From: Podarcis melisellensis
Taxonomy: Eukaryota
Assembly (NCBI GenBank): GCA_964234715.1
Contig: OZ174279.1
Length of the DNA stretch: 64,000 bases
Reading direction: 5' to 3' (one strand)
The notes under the pieces are model-generated. The model saw nothing but the letters and a program-made list of their open reading frames with translations, searched no databases and had not been told where the DNA came from. Of the stretch, positions 24,905 to 37,496 are shown one piece after another. How positions within the stretch are numbered: position 1 is the stretch's first letter; each line of letters starts with the position of its first letter. The translations under genes and the position numbers were made by a program.

Positions 24905-25328
24905 AGTGAAGGATCTGTCAATTTCATTCTCCCCGTTTCTCTTTTTTCCTATCTTATATTCAGTTCTTCGCATTGCAGCTATTTGCAATTTTTTAAAATC
25001 CTCATGAAAATTCATCAGCCTTTTAGCGCACACTTCTCTCAATAGACGTGTTGTTATATGCAATTTTGACTTATGTACACATTTTTGCAAGCAATTTCCC
25101 CTAACATAATTTTGTATGCTATTTTCACATATAACTTCATTTTTCACACACACAAATATGTGCATTTCTGTAAACATTGCTTGGCAGGAGAACTGCATCA
25201 CAAAATTGGGCTAAGTGTGAATTTCAAAGGATCGCTGTCTTTCAGTTCATGAATTGTTTTGGAAAGTGTGGATTTGATACCATTTGGCTTCAGATATATA
25301 TGGAACTGAACTCCTCTTCCGTCCCTAA
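24905..25328. mobile_element. Degenerate non-autonomous DNA transposon (hAT-like); related fragment near 22700-22860
   Basis: AT-rich repeat-like body ending cttccgtcccta; family not determined. Confidence 0.4.
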
Positions 25329-26003
25329 CAAGTGGGAAGAAAGTGAGCCAAGGCCCATCACTCACACGGAGGGTGAACATCTGATGTAGGGAGACCCCTG
25401 TACTTGCAGAGCCTCCCTGCACAATTTTAAAGCTATTTAAGCTACCAGCAGTCACATCTCTTAGTGATGAATTCCAGGAGCTGTATTCTATATCATGTGG
25501 AAAAGTACCTTTTGTTTGGCCTGAATCCATTTCCAGTCTGGTTTTGTATCTTGTATGTGTTCGTGCCCCCCACCCCCAATTAAAAATGCTTCACCCCAAA
25601 GAGCTGGAAAATGAGTCGCCATGCACTCCCAGTACACCTCCCCACTTACTGTGGTCCAGTCTGCAACATCAGTCCATCTTTACATATTGTACGAGAAATA
25701 GGCCAACATCCATGCTTCCTCTACAGTTCTCCATCCCACCTGCCTCAATAGACTATAGCCTCTATTTCTCAAAACACAGTGGTCTGCTCCAGTCTCCCTT
25801 CTTTTGCCCTGCTGCCCCCAGATGCCTCGTTTAATTTGCTCCATCTAGCACCCCGGATTTGATTATTTCACCTTGCAGATACACTCCTAAGGCTCCGCAG
25901 CAAGCTTTATGCATAACTAGGACCCCTGTTGCCCATTCCGCCTTCATCACATCAAAAGCCATTTCAGACACTAGGAGCACTGGCTCCACTTTAAAGGACG
26001 CTA

Positions 26004-26009
26004 TTTATT
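26004..26009 (-). terminator. Candidate ZFYVE27 poly(A) signal (AATAAA)
   Basis: TTTATT on + strand about 830 nt downstream of the stop codon. Confidence 0.6.
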
Positions 26010-26835
26010 GGTCATATATATATTAATATATATGCATGTGTGCGTGTGGGTAAGTCTGCTAGAGAGCAGCAAAAATAAGAACAACAAAAAACCTCTCCTC
26101 TCCTGTAGAAAAGATCCACATCACAAGGCAATTGCCTCAATCCTCCAGCTGAGCTTTGTGACGAACTCCCGTTGGCTGTAGCAGCTTCTGCTCCCTCCAA
26201 CACAGCAAAGCGTCAAAGGGAAGGAGAATGCCAGGTCCAGGTTGGGCCAGACTGAAGAGCTTTGGCTAAAAGCTATCTAGAAAGAGCAAAGTCAATGGTG
26301 GGGAGGGAAGAGTTGCCGTCCATATCTGACACAGGGATAGGAAACAGGTCCAGCTGCATAACACAATCACACATCTGCCTTCTTTACACAGCAGAGCCAA
26401 CTTACAGATGCCACCCAGAGGAAGACCCAGCTTCCCCTTCCAAACACGCAGCACCTCGCTCAGTAGTGAAACACAAGACACAGACAGTCCAGATACCATG
26501 AGCCACCTTGCGAGGTGGGGAAGGCCAGCTTCCTGCTAGGGAAAATGGGGGCAAAGGACTTTTTTGCTTCAAGGTCGAGGAAGGAGGGAGAGCCTACAGT
26601 AGTCTAGTGCACGAGTCTCCTACTATGCAGTTAATCATGAGTGCAGGACCTCTCGCCAGCTGCTCACAGAGGGAGGGGGCACACGTGGCGGCTGCACCAG
26701 CCCCTTTCCTATTAGATGTACGGGGAAGAGTGGAAGGAGTGCACGGTGCTGTTGCTTCGCTCCCCGCAAGTATCAGCAAATACGGGGTGAGACGCAGAGC
26801 AAATTCCGCAGAGGGCAGGGCTCCAGATCGGCTTC

Positions 26836-26900
26836 TCACTTGACGAGCGCTTGGTTGCACTGCCCGCAGACAAAGACGGTCTCCCGCTGGGCATCAGGGG
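26836..26900 (-). CDS. ZFYVE27: Protrudin last coding exon (FYVE C-terminus)
   Basis: ccgcag| (A)PDAQRETVFVCGQCNQALVK*; total CDS 1248 nt, 415 aa with the microexon. Confidence 0.93.
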
Positions 26901-27183
26901 CTGCGGTAGAAAGCATTGGTCAGAGACTTGGCCAAGGACTGTGCAGCTTTCCACCCACAGAACCCAACAAGCGTTTCATTAGCCCTCAGACACACACACA
27001 CCCCCAAGAGAGAGAAAGCCTCTGTCCTCTGCTACCTCCCCACTGTAGCATTAATTAGAAACAGTGAGAATTACACCCAGCGATTCCCCCAGAAGGGAAA
27101 CAGCAAGCGCACAAAGGAGGAGGAGTCGCCTCCCAAGCTGCCTGCCAGAAAGGCCATCTCTCGCTCTCCCACTCCTCACTCAC

Positions 27184-27265
27184 CTGTAGCCCCCATGTAG
27201 CTCTTGGGAACTTTGAAGGAACAGCACCTGGAGCAGAAACTGTTCCCACAGTTGCTGCAGCTCCG
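27184..27265 (-). CDS. ZFYVE27: Protrudin exon (FYVE domain)
   Basis: RSCSNCGNSFCSRCCSFKVPKSYMGAT; AG/GT flanks, 82 nt. Confidence 0.95.
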
Positions 27266-27444
27266 CTGGAGGGAAGGAGAGACAAACACAGCTATAGGAA
27301 CAAGGTCCCAGGAAGCCACTGCTTCAAATGCAAGGATTCAAGAAGGTCATTCACTGCTGACCAGAGGTCAGGCTTGAGATCCACAAGGTGGGGAGCAGGA
27401 AATGGGAAAGGAGTAGTTGGGGGCATGCTGGGCCAGAGACTCAC

Positions 27445-27491
27445 CCTCTTCTTTAACACAGAGAAAGTGGCTGAACAGCTTGCACAGTTCC
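27445..27491 (-). CDS. ZFYVE27: Protrudin exon (FYVE N-terminus)
   Basis: (G)NCASCSATFSVLKKR; 47 nt, canonical splice sites. Confidence 0.94.
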
Positions 27492-28494
27492 CTGCGGAAA
27501 ATCAGAAAAGAAACATGTATCGGTCAAACCTGGTGCCTCTTCTTCCACCAAACGGCATAGAAATATTGCCCTGCCCCCAATGTCTGCCCACAGTCCTTTC
27601 CTACTAAAAGCCCCAACACAACCTACTGCCCCACTAGGCAGTCCAGGAGGCTCATCCAGGTGGGACCACGTGCTAAGAGGGCATCCCACTGAGGGCTGTC
27701 TTCAGGACCCTTGATCCGAGGAGATTTGAAATGGGTCTGCACACTGCACCTCCCAGGTGATGTCAATCCTCCACTCCACAAAGTTGTGCCAAGAGCAGAG
27801 ATGGCCGTAACCCATATAAATGTGGAATTTAGCATCATCAGTATGAGATTCCAGTGTGGCATAAGTGATCAAGTGCTAGACTTGGAATAGGAACAAAGAC
27901 TTGGGCCTGATACAAATAGCCACTCAGCTCCACTAAGCAGGCTTGCTCATACCTCTCTCAGGGCAGAATGACATGTTACACTGGCAAGTAGGAACTCACA
28001 AGCCCAGTTTCCGGAGGTAATAAAAAAAAGGGAGTTAAGGGGCTTTTTGTAAAAATGTTAGTACTTCACCCCACCCCACCCACACCTTGCCTGTAAAATG
28101 ATTCATCTGCAACAATATTTCACCATCAGAAGCGACCTCAGCACACATATTTTTAAAGCACCAAGAACAATGGCATGTTTCTGGCATCTAACATCAGGCA
28201 GGCCTCCTCTGTGGCAGCAACTGGGTCAGTCTTCCCATTCTGCCAATCTTCTCCACCCCCCTTCCACAACCTGGTGCCCCCCACCCCGATGTTTTGGATT
28301 ACAGCCCCATTAGCCCAAACCAACAAGACCATGCTGGTTGGAGCTGCAGGCTAAAGCATCTGAAGGGCACCAGGTTTCCTCACCAGGTTGAGGAAAGCTC
28401 ATCTACACAGTTCCCGCTTCAGTCCCAACAAGACAACATGTCCCACGGCACCATCCACTCTTGCCACTTCCACACACCCTCCCAAATCCTGTAC

Positions 28495-28642
28495 CGAGAT
28501 TGTTGGTTGGGTAGCGCTTCCGCAGCCGCTCCGTCAGCCGTGACACCCTGCTGCGAATCACCTCGTTCTTGCTCATTATGAAGGGGTTGTCAGGAAGGCC
28601 CATGTCAAACTCCGCTGAGCAGTGGGAGACATCGTCATCCTC
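28495..28642 (-). CDS. ZFYVE27: Protrudin exon (coiled coil)
   Basis: EDDDVSHCSAEF...MSKNEVIRSRVSRLTERLRKRYPTNNL; 148 nt. Confidence 0.95.
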
Positions 28643-28947
28643 CTGGGCAGGTGGAGAGGGAAGCTTGTCAAGGAGCGGCTGGTTCACACAGTGCCTACTC
28701 TGGGGCAGGAGGACAAGGGCGTACTGGGGGGCACCGCCCACTGACAAAGCGCTGAAGACAAGGAAAGGCTGGGCTAACCATGGGCAACACACAAAATGCC
28801 AAGCTGGTGGAAGGGTTGCAGCCAGGTTTTCCAGCTTGGGAATTTGGGCACAATCAGGGCAAAGAACACAGCAAAGACATCAACTCTGAATGAGCAACAA
28901 AAGTGAGTTTTGGCTCAAAGGCAGGGTGGCCCAGCTCCCACACTCAC

Positions 28948-28968
28948 CATTACTAGCAGCTGGGTCTC
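28948..28968 (-). CDS. ZFYVE27: Protrudin 21-nt microexon (exon L equivalent, ETQLLVM)
   Basis: tttctctttgctgcgggagcag|GAGACCCAGCTGCTAGTAATG|gtgagt; frame-preserving; aligns to human ETHLVVL at the same position. Confidence 0.88.
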
Positions 28969-29275
28969 CTGCTCCCGCAGCAAAGAGAAAAGACAAGAGA
29001 TGATGTCCAGAAGAGCCCAGCCCAAGCTAGCCGTCACCATTTATAGTGTACCCATTTCCAGAAAAGTGCACTGTCTCAAGTCCCCTATTTCTCCCTCTTC
29101 CCCATACCAACATGTTCACTGCATCACAGACATGGACTCTGATGGGCTGCCACTCATGGCCCTTAAGTGACAGGATGAAGGGTGTCTTCTTAAACTTGCT
29201 GGCCTAGCAACATCATCTGACTCCACCACAGCACAGATCAGTCCAAGCCCTAGGCGGCTCTCTCAGGGCACGTAC

Positions 29276-29347
29276 CTCAATAGCATCCTTGAACTCATCA
29301 TCAGGCTCTGCCTCCTCTGCTTCCTCCACACTGCCAGGGGTCAGATC
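29276..29347 (-). CDS. ZFYVE27: Protrudin exon with FFAT motif
   Basis: DLTPGSVEEAEEAEPDDEFKDAIE; 72 nt, phase 0-0. Confidence 0.96.
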
Positions 29348-30647
29348 CTATGGGGAAAGCAAACAACGTTACAACTGGAGGCAGCAATGCTTCTGAATGA
29401 AAGTTGCTGGAAACCACAGGAGGGGCAGGTGCTCTTCTGCTCAAATCCTGCTTGCTGGCTTCCCACAGTCATCTGGGTGGCCACTGTGAGAACAGGATGC
29501 CGGACTAGATGGGCCATTGGCTGTTCTGATGTTACAAGACTAAGGAAGCAAGGCCCACCAGTCCTTGTAACAGTGGTAAATGAATCCAAGAGGGGTGCTA
29601 CACAGATGGCCCCATCCCATTCCAGCTACCCCAATGCAAGAGTAACATGGAAGCTACGAGGATGCATTTCCCCTCCTGCCTAGACACAGTTGTTTATTAC
29701 TATGGTAGTTTGTAATACACAAGACCCCAAACAATGCTGGTATGCAGATCCTGAAATGCCTTAATGGGCATCACAAAGGGAAAACACAGGAACAAGCAGT
29801 GAAGACTGCCTGAAGAGCTGTGTGAAGGGAGAGAAGGGCATCGCCCTTTTAAATTTTCATGTAAACTTAGCTAAGTTGTTAAAAAAAGAGAGACAGGGAC
29901 AAGCTGAAAACATTACTATACTTTTAAGCACCAACTGGAGAAAATTAAGCCAGGCACAATTTTTGAGGCTCCACATTTCAACAGTAGGTTCCAGGTGTAC
30001 CTCCCCACAACCAGCTGCAACTAAAAAGTTTGGGAACTCTGAAAAGTAGCAAGAAGGGGACAGAACAAGGATGGCAGCTGCCCTAAAGAGACGTACCTGT
30101 GTAGGCAAAACTGAGGCCCTACTTCTCCAGGGCCAAGATTGGGAACAGGGTCTGGGAGGTTTTCATCCACGATGCATAGCTTTGCCCCTTTCAAAACTTT
30201 TCTGCCACTCCCATCGGGACTTTACTTTGCACACTATGGCTTGTGGTCCTCCAAGTGTTGTTGGACGGCATCACTGACCAGACCAGCTGGAGCTGGTGGG
30301 GATCAGAGTCCAACAACATATGGAGGGCCACAGTTTCCATCATTCCATATCCTATAGAAGATTGGGAAGGGTGGCGGAGAGATATATGGAACCACAACCA
30401 ACAGAAGCAAGATGGAAGTTTGTCTTCTGTGCTCCGGCCTGGGACACATTTCCTAGGACTGTAGATCTGGAATCAACTACAAAGCCACCAGCTAATAAGA
30501 CTGTTATGCAGGCCAGGATGATCTATGACCTCAGGTATTTCCAAAAGATAAAGCAACACTCTCTGGGCACATTGGATGAGCATATCAATTCTCATTCTAC
30601 TTGGAAGTGGGCAACACAGACCCATCTATTCTTCTACCATGCCTTAC

Positions 30648-30790
30648 CTCAGTACTAGTGGGTGTAGGTGTCCGGTCTGGCAGGGATCCAGACCCAACTT
30701 CTCCAGCATCCAGCTCCACTGGCTCTGGAGTCCTAGCAACGGGCTTGAGGCCCAAACGCTGCTCTACAGCAGACTTCAGCTCCAGCAAGA
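30648..30790 (-). CDS. ZFYVE27: Protrudin exon
   Basis: (V)LLELKSAVEQRLGLK...PDRTPTPTSTE|gtaagg; 143 nt, frame-consistent. Confidence 0.9.
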
Positions 30791-31780
30791 CTAGGGAGGG
30801 AGAGGGAAAGGGTAATGGTTGCAGTAAACAGCACAGGCTTTCAGCACTGGAGGAACAGCATGGCATGGCATTCAAGCCTATCTCCAACCCAAACACCCAA
30901 GAAGTAGATACTGGCACACAAGCAACCAATGTCCAATGTAGCTAATGGTATTTAAAACACTAGTAGGCCTACCTGAATACCCCGCAGTTCTCTAGCACTA
31001 ATCTCACTCCCAGACAGAACTGTCTATAACCCCATAGCTCCTCAGTAGACAGGGGGAAAGGCTATCTACCACTACAGTAAATATTCTCCACCACTTACGG
31101 TATTTGTGTTGTTTGGGGGTGGGTTGCAACCAGTTGCTGATATTCACAGCCCCTTGGCCACTGCTGCAGCATCCTCACAAAACCTATTCAAAGTGAGGCC
31201 AGGAAGCAGTGCCTTCACTCTGAGTGGGCACTGTGAAAAGAGCTGTGCTCTGAATAGGTTCATGCCTGTTTTCACTCTTCCCTGCCACCATCCCACACAA
31301 ACAAAATTCCAGAATGAGATGCATTCAGAGGGCAAATGTTCACAACACACACCAAAACTGTCTTCCAGCAAAGGACTGTCTCCCTTGTGATAACCCCCCG
31401 TTTTCTGCAACAGGCAGTTTATCCTTAGCATCCCAAGATGTGCTTTCCCACTGGGACACCTCTAAATGGAAAAATCTTCCACTACTAAGCTGTGCCCAAG
31501 GAACAGAGTGACTACTCAGGTTTCTTGAATGCTAAAGAGCTTGTTTATGGGACTGGGGCAGCACAGAAGAGATGCATTTTTTCCTCTCTCATCAAAATTT
31601 GCTAGCAGCTTCACACTGTTGCCCTAATTTGGAATAAGATAGGGCTGCAGCAGGGGTGCACAGATCTACAGCAAAGAAAGCCTTGACCCTGGGCACCCTG
31701 TCTCCCGTCAGCTGCTGCAGCTTACTTCCCCAAGGTTCCCATGGAACAGAATAGTACAGGAGAGAAGAGCAATCTTTTAC

Positions 31781-31893
31781 CTTGATAAAATGCCACGTTA
31801 CCCAAGAAAAGGGCATTATTGAGCAGCACAAAGACCCAACATAAGGGCAGCAGGTAGAGAGCACAAACGGAAGCCATCAGCATCCCATAAAAC
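31781..31893 (-). CDS. ZFYVE27: Protrudin exon (hydrophobic hairpin)
   Basis: (Q)FYGMLMASVCALYLLPLCWVFVLLNNALFLGNVAFYQ; 113 nt. Confidence 0.95.
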
Positions 31894-32551
31894 CTGGGCA
31901 AAAAAAGGAGCAGAAGGGGCATGACACATCTGGGCATCAGGATGAAAGCCAGGTGCCTTGAGAGCACCTCAAGCCTGTCCAGCCTCCCATTATTCTTGGA
32001 TATGGAACAGAGAGCATCTAGGGGGAGCCTGAGAGCCTTGTTCCTGCCTCTCTCCACCTGTCCTAGGGCGGCTCTAACAGGCTTCATAAGAACTGCTGCT
32101 GCTGCCCAGAAAGTACTGGGGTATTTTGGGGAAAGTTTTGTCGGGAGTTTTTACTGTTATTGATATGAATTTTTTGTATCTTTATTTTTACGTGGAAATT
32201 GTTCGGTTTGGTTATGTGGTTTTGTTTATTTTTATGACTCTTTGCTCTGTTTGTAATGTGTAAATCTTTTCATACTGTAAGCCGCCTTGAGCATTGTTTT
32301 AACTGTGGACAGACGGCTTACATATATGATGATGATGATGACATCACCTCCCTTTGCCTACCTTTCAAGCAAATAACCTCCCCTCAATCTGGACAAACCT
32401 GTTCAGCCAGATAGCTTCCCCATGAACACCAGCCACGATATATATGGGCATGGACACCTGCCCAATATGAGGGGGAAGGCAGGGACCCCATACCCCTATA
32501 AAGTGACCCAGTAAACAAGCCTGCAAACCCCCCAAAGCAGCAAGGCAGCAA

Positions 32552-33141
32552 TGTCCCAGTGACAGGAGCGAGCTGGCAGTAAATAACACCTAACAAGTTG
32601 GAGTTAACTCCTTATTAGCAAAAGCAGGATCTGCCTAATGAGCAATGCAACTCATCTCCGGCAGGTCTTGACCCTATGAAGCACTTGCTAAGACTGAAGG
32701 TCCCCATCTGCTCACAGCTGCCTTAGTTCCCTCCTCTCCAGGGTTTTCCCCAAGCAATCTGAGACTGCACCAACCAGCACAAAACTAACTTCTCCTACAC
32801 CTTTTCCCCACCTCTTTCTGGGAGACCTGGAGGGAGGGGAGTCTGTCGCAGCAGGAAGGGGAGACACCCTGCCACCTTCCCCAGCCAGACTCTCTCTGCC
32901 TCTTGGCTTCCCTCCTCTCCTGTTTCAGCTTCTGCCCCTGATTCTGGATGTCTGTCTGTCACTGACTCTCCCAGCTCACTAAGCCCTGTTACCTGTTCAG
33001 CTTCCGACACCTCCTCCTCCCTCCGACCACTCATCAACATCATCATCACACCACCAATCCCAGGGCTCTGAGCCTTCTTCCCTTGAGGGTTCCCCAGCTG
33101 GTTCTTCCCACTATTCCTCTACATCCAACCAGCCCATGACA
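32552..33141 (-). mobile_element. Probable solo LTR (~590 bp) in a ZFYVE27 intron
   Basis: Termini TGTC...GACA; flanks GCAA / GCTA (3/4 match); purine-rich body on the minus strand. Confidence 0.5.
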
Positions 33142-33178
33142 GCTAGCTTCCACGAAGTAGTCCTAAGGCAACACTCAC

Positions 33179-33274
33179 TGTGAAGAAAGAGAAGGGTTCT
33201 CCCAGTAGATAACGCGATAGACAGCCTCACATCTGCCACACAGCCGGCTCAATAGGGCCTCTAATTGGATTAAG
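33179..33274 (-). CDS. ZFYVE27: Protrudin exon
   Basis: (F)LIQLEALLSRLCGRCEAVYRVIYWENPSLSS; 96 nt; absent from the ORF track, found by reading the sequence. Confidence 0.94.
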
Positions 33275-35655
33275 CTGGAAAAGGAGATCACAGCAGATTT
33301 AAACATGTTCCTCAGGCCCCTTTGCACACACCCTCACAGCCGCTGCATCAACCTATGCCCAAGCTGCTTCACAAATGGAGAAAAGTGGTCCCCAGCCCCT
33401 CATTCAGTTCAAGACAAGGGTTGAAGTGCAAAAGAAGATTCCCTCATCCACACAGGGCATAGTTAGGATGAGCCCTGCATAGGATGAACCTCCTATGGCA
33501 GCTAACTCCAGGCAGGCAAGTTGGATACAGAAAGCAACTGTCTAAGTTTAACAAGAGGGATAAAAGCCAGCATGATTTGGAGTCCAGCACTCTTGTCTGT
33601 GGAATATAGGAGACCCTGGGTTCACATCCACTGCTGAGGCAATCTTGGGCATCTCTTTCCTATAGCTACAAATCTGAATAATGACAACTAACTTAAGAGT
33701 TGCCGCAAAACTAACAGTGCAATCCTAACCACGGCTTGCCTGGACCCTATATACTAAAGGGGCATGTAGTAACATGGCACCTCTGCTCTTAACTTTTAGA
33801 TGAAAGAATGCAGACTCCCATAAAGAAAGAGATTTGAGTTCACTGGCTACAACTCAGCGAGTCATATGATGGATGGGTTGGCTATCAGGCTCCAATGCCT
33901 TGTGCAAAATGCTGACAAAGTGCCTACTGGCATGGTCAGCTTTGGGTAGGGAAGTAACGGGGGAAAGGAGAACTTGCCCTTGGATTCCAGCTACTTCTCC
34001 CTATCTAAGCTGCAGGTTTCAAAAACTGAGCTGCTTTCTGAATTCACAGCACTCTGATAAAGTGTTATGTCCTGATAAAACATCTATCAGAGCAGTTAAC
34101 CGTCAGTCCTTGGCATAGGAAAATTCTGACGTCTTCTAAAATTTGACTTGCAAATCCTTGGCTGTACAGACATGCTGAAGTAATACAACATGTTAATAAA
34201 AAAACATATTTTTGAAGAATAATAATAATCAAAATCCATTATTTCTTAAACAAAAGGATGCACCAGTAGTGTGTCTTCCTCATAAGTAGGTAATAAATGT
34301 AGTAAATCTGAAGTAACGGTTACATTTAGCTGTAAATCAATATGTTTTAAAAGCTTTATCGAGCAGCAAAAACACCCATTTCTTGGGGAAAATAACTGTA
34401 CAAATGGAAAAGTTGATTAAAATCAATGATTTAAAAATGAGGCTTCTTGCCTGGTGATTGAAATCGATCCTCTGTCCTGGAAGGAGGATGCATACTTTGC
34501 GGCCTGGGCAGGAGAGTCATGTAAATGCTTAGTAACTCTTCCTCCTAGAGCCACACTCCCAACTAGCAAGGGTGTGCAATGCCCCCAAAGGGTGAACGGC
34601 AGTAGTGCAGTAAAGCACCTTGGAAGGTAGCTAATCTAGAGGAGGAGTCAGCACTGCTCTCCCAGAGTTTCTTAAAAGTGGGGTCACCACCATCTTCCAC
34701 ACAAGCAACGTTACTGTGCAATTATATTCCCCCCAGTCATGACACAATTCTTGCCCCACAGCAATGATGAAATGGTTAGCACCTGCAATACAATATGGAC
34801 TATCCTGAAATATAGTCCCAACCTTCCCCCTCAACCACTAAGATTTGACACAAATGCCTGTGTTGCTGGCCAACTGCGTAATGCATTTGTTAGAATGCTG
34901 TGGGCAGTATCCGTGATAGGGTCCATTTGGGAAGACACTGTCTGCCCACCCCCAAAAAAGCCTCCATGACACACACTGGCCTGTGCTAGTGCCTGTGCAG
35001 CTGTTTACTTAAACATTAAAATATCAACTCTGTGCAGTTGTGCACAGCTCTTCAAGTGCACAAGTGCATGGTTGAAGAAGAAGCAGAAGAAGAAATGGAT
35101 TATTGTGCCCTACTGGGCACAGCTTCAGAGCTATGTAGTTGTGCACCTGAAATACCCTTGTGTTAAAAAACACACACAAATGATTGGGAGAAATAAAAAC
35201 TCAAAAGGAAAAATCAGCTGGTCAAAAATAAATGAAAAAGACATTGTAAGTGAAGAGGCTGAAATCATAGAAGACAAAAGAAGGGGAATGGTGGAATACC
35301 ACACAAATTGTGACACAGAAGGGTCACTAAATTAGTTCTGCCGGCTAAATTGCTCCCATTATTCAGGGTAACAATTGCACATTACTTATCTACAATGGAA
35401 ATATCCACACAAAATACAGAAAAATGGTTACAAAAATCAAACAAGAGAAAAACACAATGACGAGATGGAAATCTCGATCTTGCAACGGGTTGACTATTAA
35501 GCCCAGTGGATTCAGAACGACTGCAATATTCACCATCAGGAAAAAAATGTGTAGTGTGAACAAGAAGCCCAAGAAGCATCCTTCCAATCACATACTTCAA
35601 AGGGACCCACCTAGGGGTCAATACATTTTCTCCATCCTTCCCTAAGAGCACTTAC

Positions 35656-35842
35656 AAGCCCTTCACTTCAGCCACAGCCTCATGTCGCGCAAGCTGAACT
35701 TTCCTCACATCCTCACGCCGCACACTGTGGTACCTACGACGTGCCAGCTCTTCTTCACTCAGACGGATGCGGCATGTCTCCTGCAGGTAGCCCAGCAAGG
35801 CTGGCACCGAGACCAGCAGGACGCAAAGCCCATACCACGCAG
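35656..35842 (-). CDS. ZFYVE27: Protrudin exon
   Basis: (A)AWYGLCVLLVSVPALLGYLQETCR...RRYHSVRRED...EAVAEVKG; 187 nt. Confidence 0.95.
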
Positions 35843-35928
35843 CTGGAATGAAAGGTGGAATAGATGCAGAGATCATTTTACCACCCCACTGTTTGACCAG
35901 TCACAACACACCTGTACCACTATCACCT

Positions 35929-36111
35929 ATAGCTCAGTGGTAGAGCGTTTGCTTTGAACAGAGAAGGTCCCAGTTTCAATCCCTGGTATCTCCAGGTAGG
36001 AGAGGGAATGTCTTCTTTCTCAACACCTGGAAAACTGCTGCCAGTCACTGTCAACAATAATGAGCATGGCATACCAATGGTCTGACTTGATATAAGGCAG
36101 CTTCCTATGTA
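35929..36111 (+). mobile_element. tRNA-derived SINE (Squam3-like)
   Basis: atagctcagtggtagagc...gtttcaatccctgg head; tail tataaggcagcttcctatgt. Further degenerate copies at ~39050-39135 (-) and ~59715-59875 (+). Confidence 0.75.
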
Positions 36112-36468
36112 AGGTAAAGGTAAAGGTACCCCTGCCCGTACGGGCCAGTCTTGACAGACTCTGGGGTTGTGCACCCATCTCACTTAAGAGGCCAGGGGCC
36201 AGCGCTGTCCGGAGACACTTCCGGGTCACGTGGCCAGTGTGACAAAGCTGCATCTGGTGAGCCAGCGCAGCACACGGAAACGCCGTTTACCTTCCCGCCA
36301 GTAAGCGGTCCCTATTTATCTACTTGCAGTGCTTTCGAACTGCTAGGTTGGCAGGCGCTGGGACCGAGCAACGGGAGCGCACCCCGCTGCGGGGATTCGA
36401 ACCACCGACCTTTCGATCGGCAAGCCCTAGGCGCTGAGGCTTTAGCCCACAGCGCCACCCGCGTCCCC
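36112..36468 (-). mobile_element. Full-length Sauria SINE with perfect 14-bp TSD
   Basis: (AAAGGT)n tail, CpG-rich body, tRNA head at the right end; CAGCTTCCTATGTA at 36098-36111 and 36469-36482. Confidence 0.92.
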
Positions 36469-36687
36469 CAGCTTCCTATGTACTACCCCATAAACCCCCT
36501 GAAAGGAGGCCCATCTGCCTGCCAGTCACTCCATTTCCTTACTACCTCTCACAATTGGTTCTGCTAGCCCTCATAATCTGCCCCCAATAACATATTCTAT
36601 TCCCCACAGGATCAGTCCCCCAAGGCTCACATCATACCTGAAAGGAGGCCTATTGGGTCCCCAGCACAAAGGTCCAACATTTCTCAC

Positions 36688-36758
36688 CTTCACTAAGAGT
36701 CAGCAGCAGAAAGTTGAGGCCCAGGCAAGTAAGGAGGGAGCAGAGAGGCATCTGCCAG
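36688..36758 (-). CDS. ZFYVE27: Protrudin exon (TM segment)
   Basis: (S)WQMPLCSLLTCLGLNFLLLTLSE; 71 nt. Confidence 0.94.
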
Positions 36759-37293
36759 CTGTGAAACATACATGATCAAGCATTTATTGCCACGCCAAAA
36801 GGATATTTAGCTGTACAAATGAGGTATGAACATGAGAATGGTGGAGATGGAAAGGGCAAGCCTAAGTTTAAGTCTCGGGTCATGGAGTACATTAACTTGC
36901 CTTGAGCACAGAAAAACGGTATATAAATAAGAAATCAAATTAGATTGAATGAAGACAAAAGCATGGCAAGGGTAGGGCATTTTTTAAAATGGGGGAATGT
37001 TGTAATCAGCCACAGACACTAGCCAAGTCACAAATGCAGCCGCATATCTTGTTTAAGCCCAACTGCACAGAGCGTTTCCCATGCTGAATGCTTGGTGTCT
37101 CTTAGAACAAGTGGAATTAAGTATTTGGCCAGGACTCTTCGTCTTCTCTCTTTTTTCTCCCACTTGCAAAATGAGACTCCCAAAGAGCCTGTGCTTTTCT
37201 GCCCTCCAACATGGCAGGAGACAACAACAAAAATTTCTCTAGCTCCACCACAACCATCACCCACAAGGTGCAACTAAGTAGTTGGGCACCAAC

Positions 37294-37496
37294 CTGAGGA
37301 GGAACCACACCCCTTCCGCAATATCCTGCAGTGGTTCCAAGTACAGCTCTAGTCGCTTGTAGGATACTACTAGATTGAAGAGATCCAAGGAAGGGGGCTT
37401 GGGTGGCAAAGGAGAAACTGGTTGGGAATCGGAAGCTGTGGGGCTGTCCAGTCCATTCCCTGTGGTCGCTCCACTCTCACGCTCTGGAACCTGCAT
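37294..37496 (-). CDS. ZFYVE27: Protrudin first coding exon
   Basis: tacag|tATG: MQVPERESG...SLDLFNLVVSYKRLELYLEPLQDIAEGVWFLL; matches human FDLFNLVLSYKRLEIYLEPL. Confidence 0.95.

Noticed and set aside
26836-27491. FYVE domain lacking the canonical RRHHCR/RVC basic motifs
   Set aside because: A known feature of protrudin's atypical FYVE domain, not a lineage-specific loss.
35929-36000. tRNA-like sequences (also near 14107 and 42330)
   Set aside because: They are SINE heads continuing into SINE bodies, not complete cloverleaf tRNA genes.
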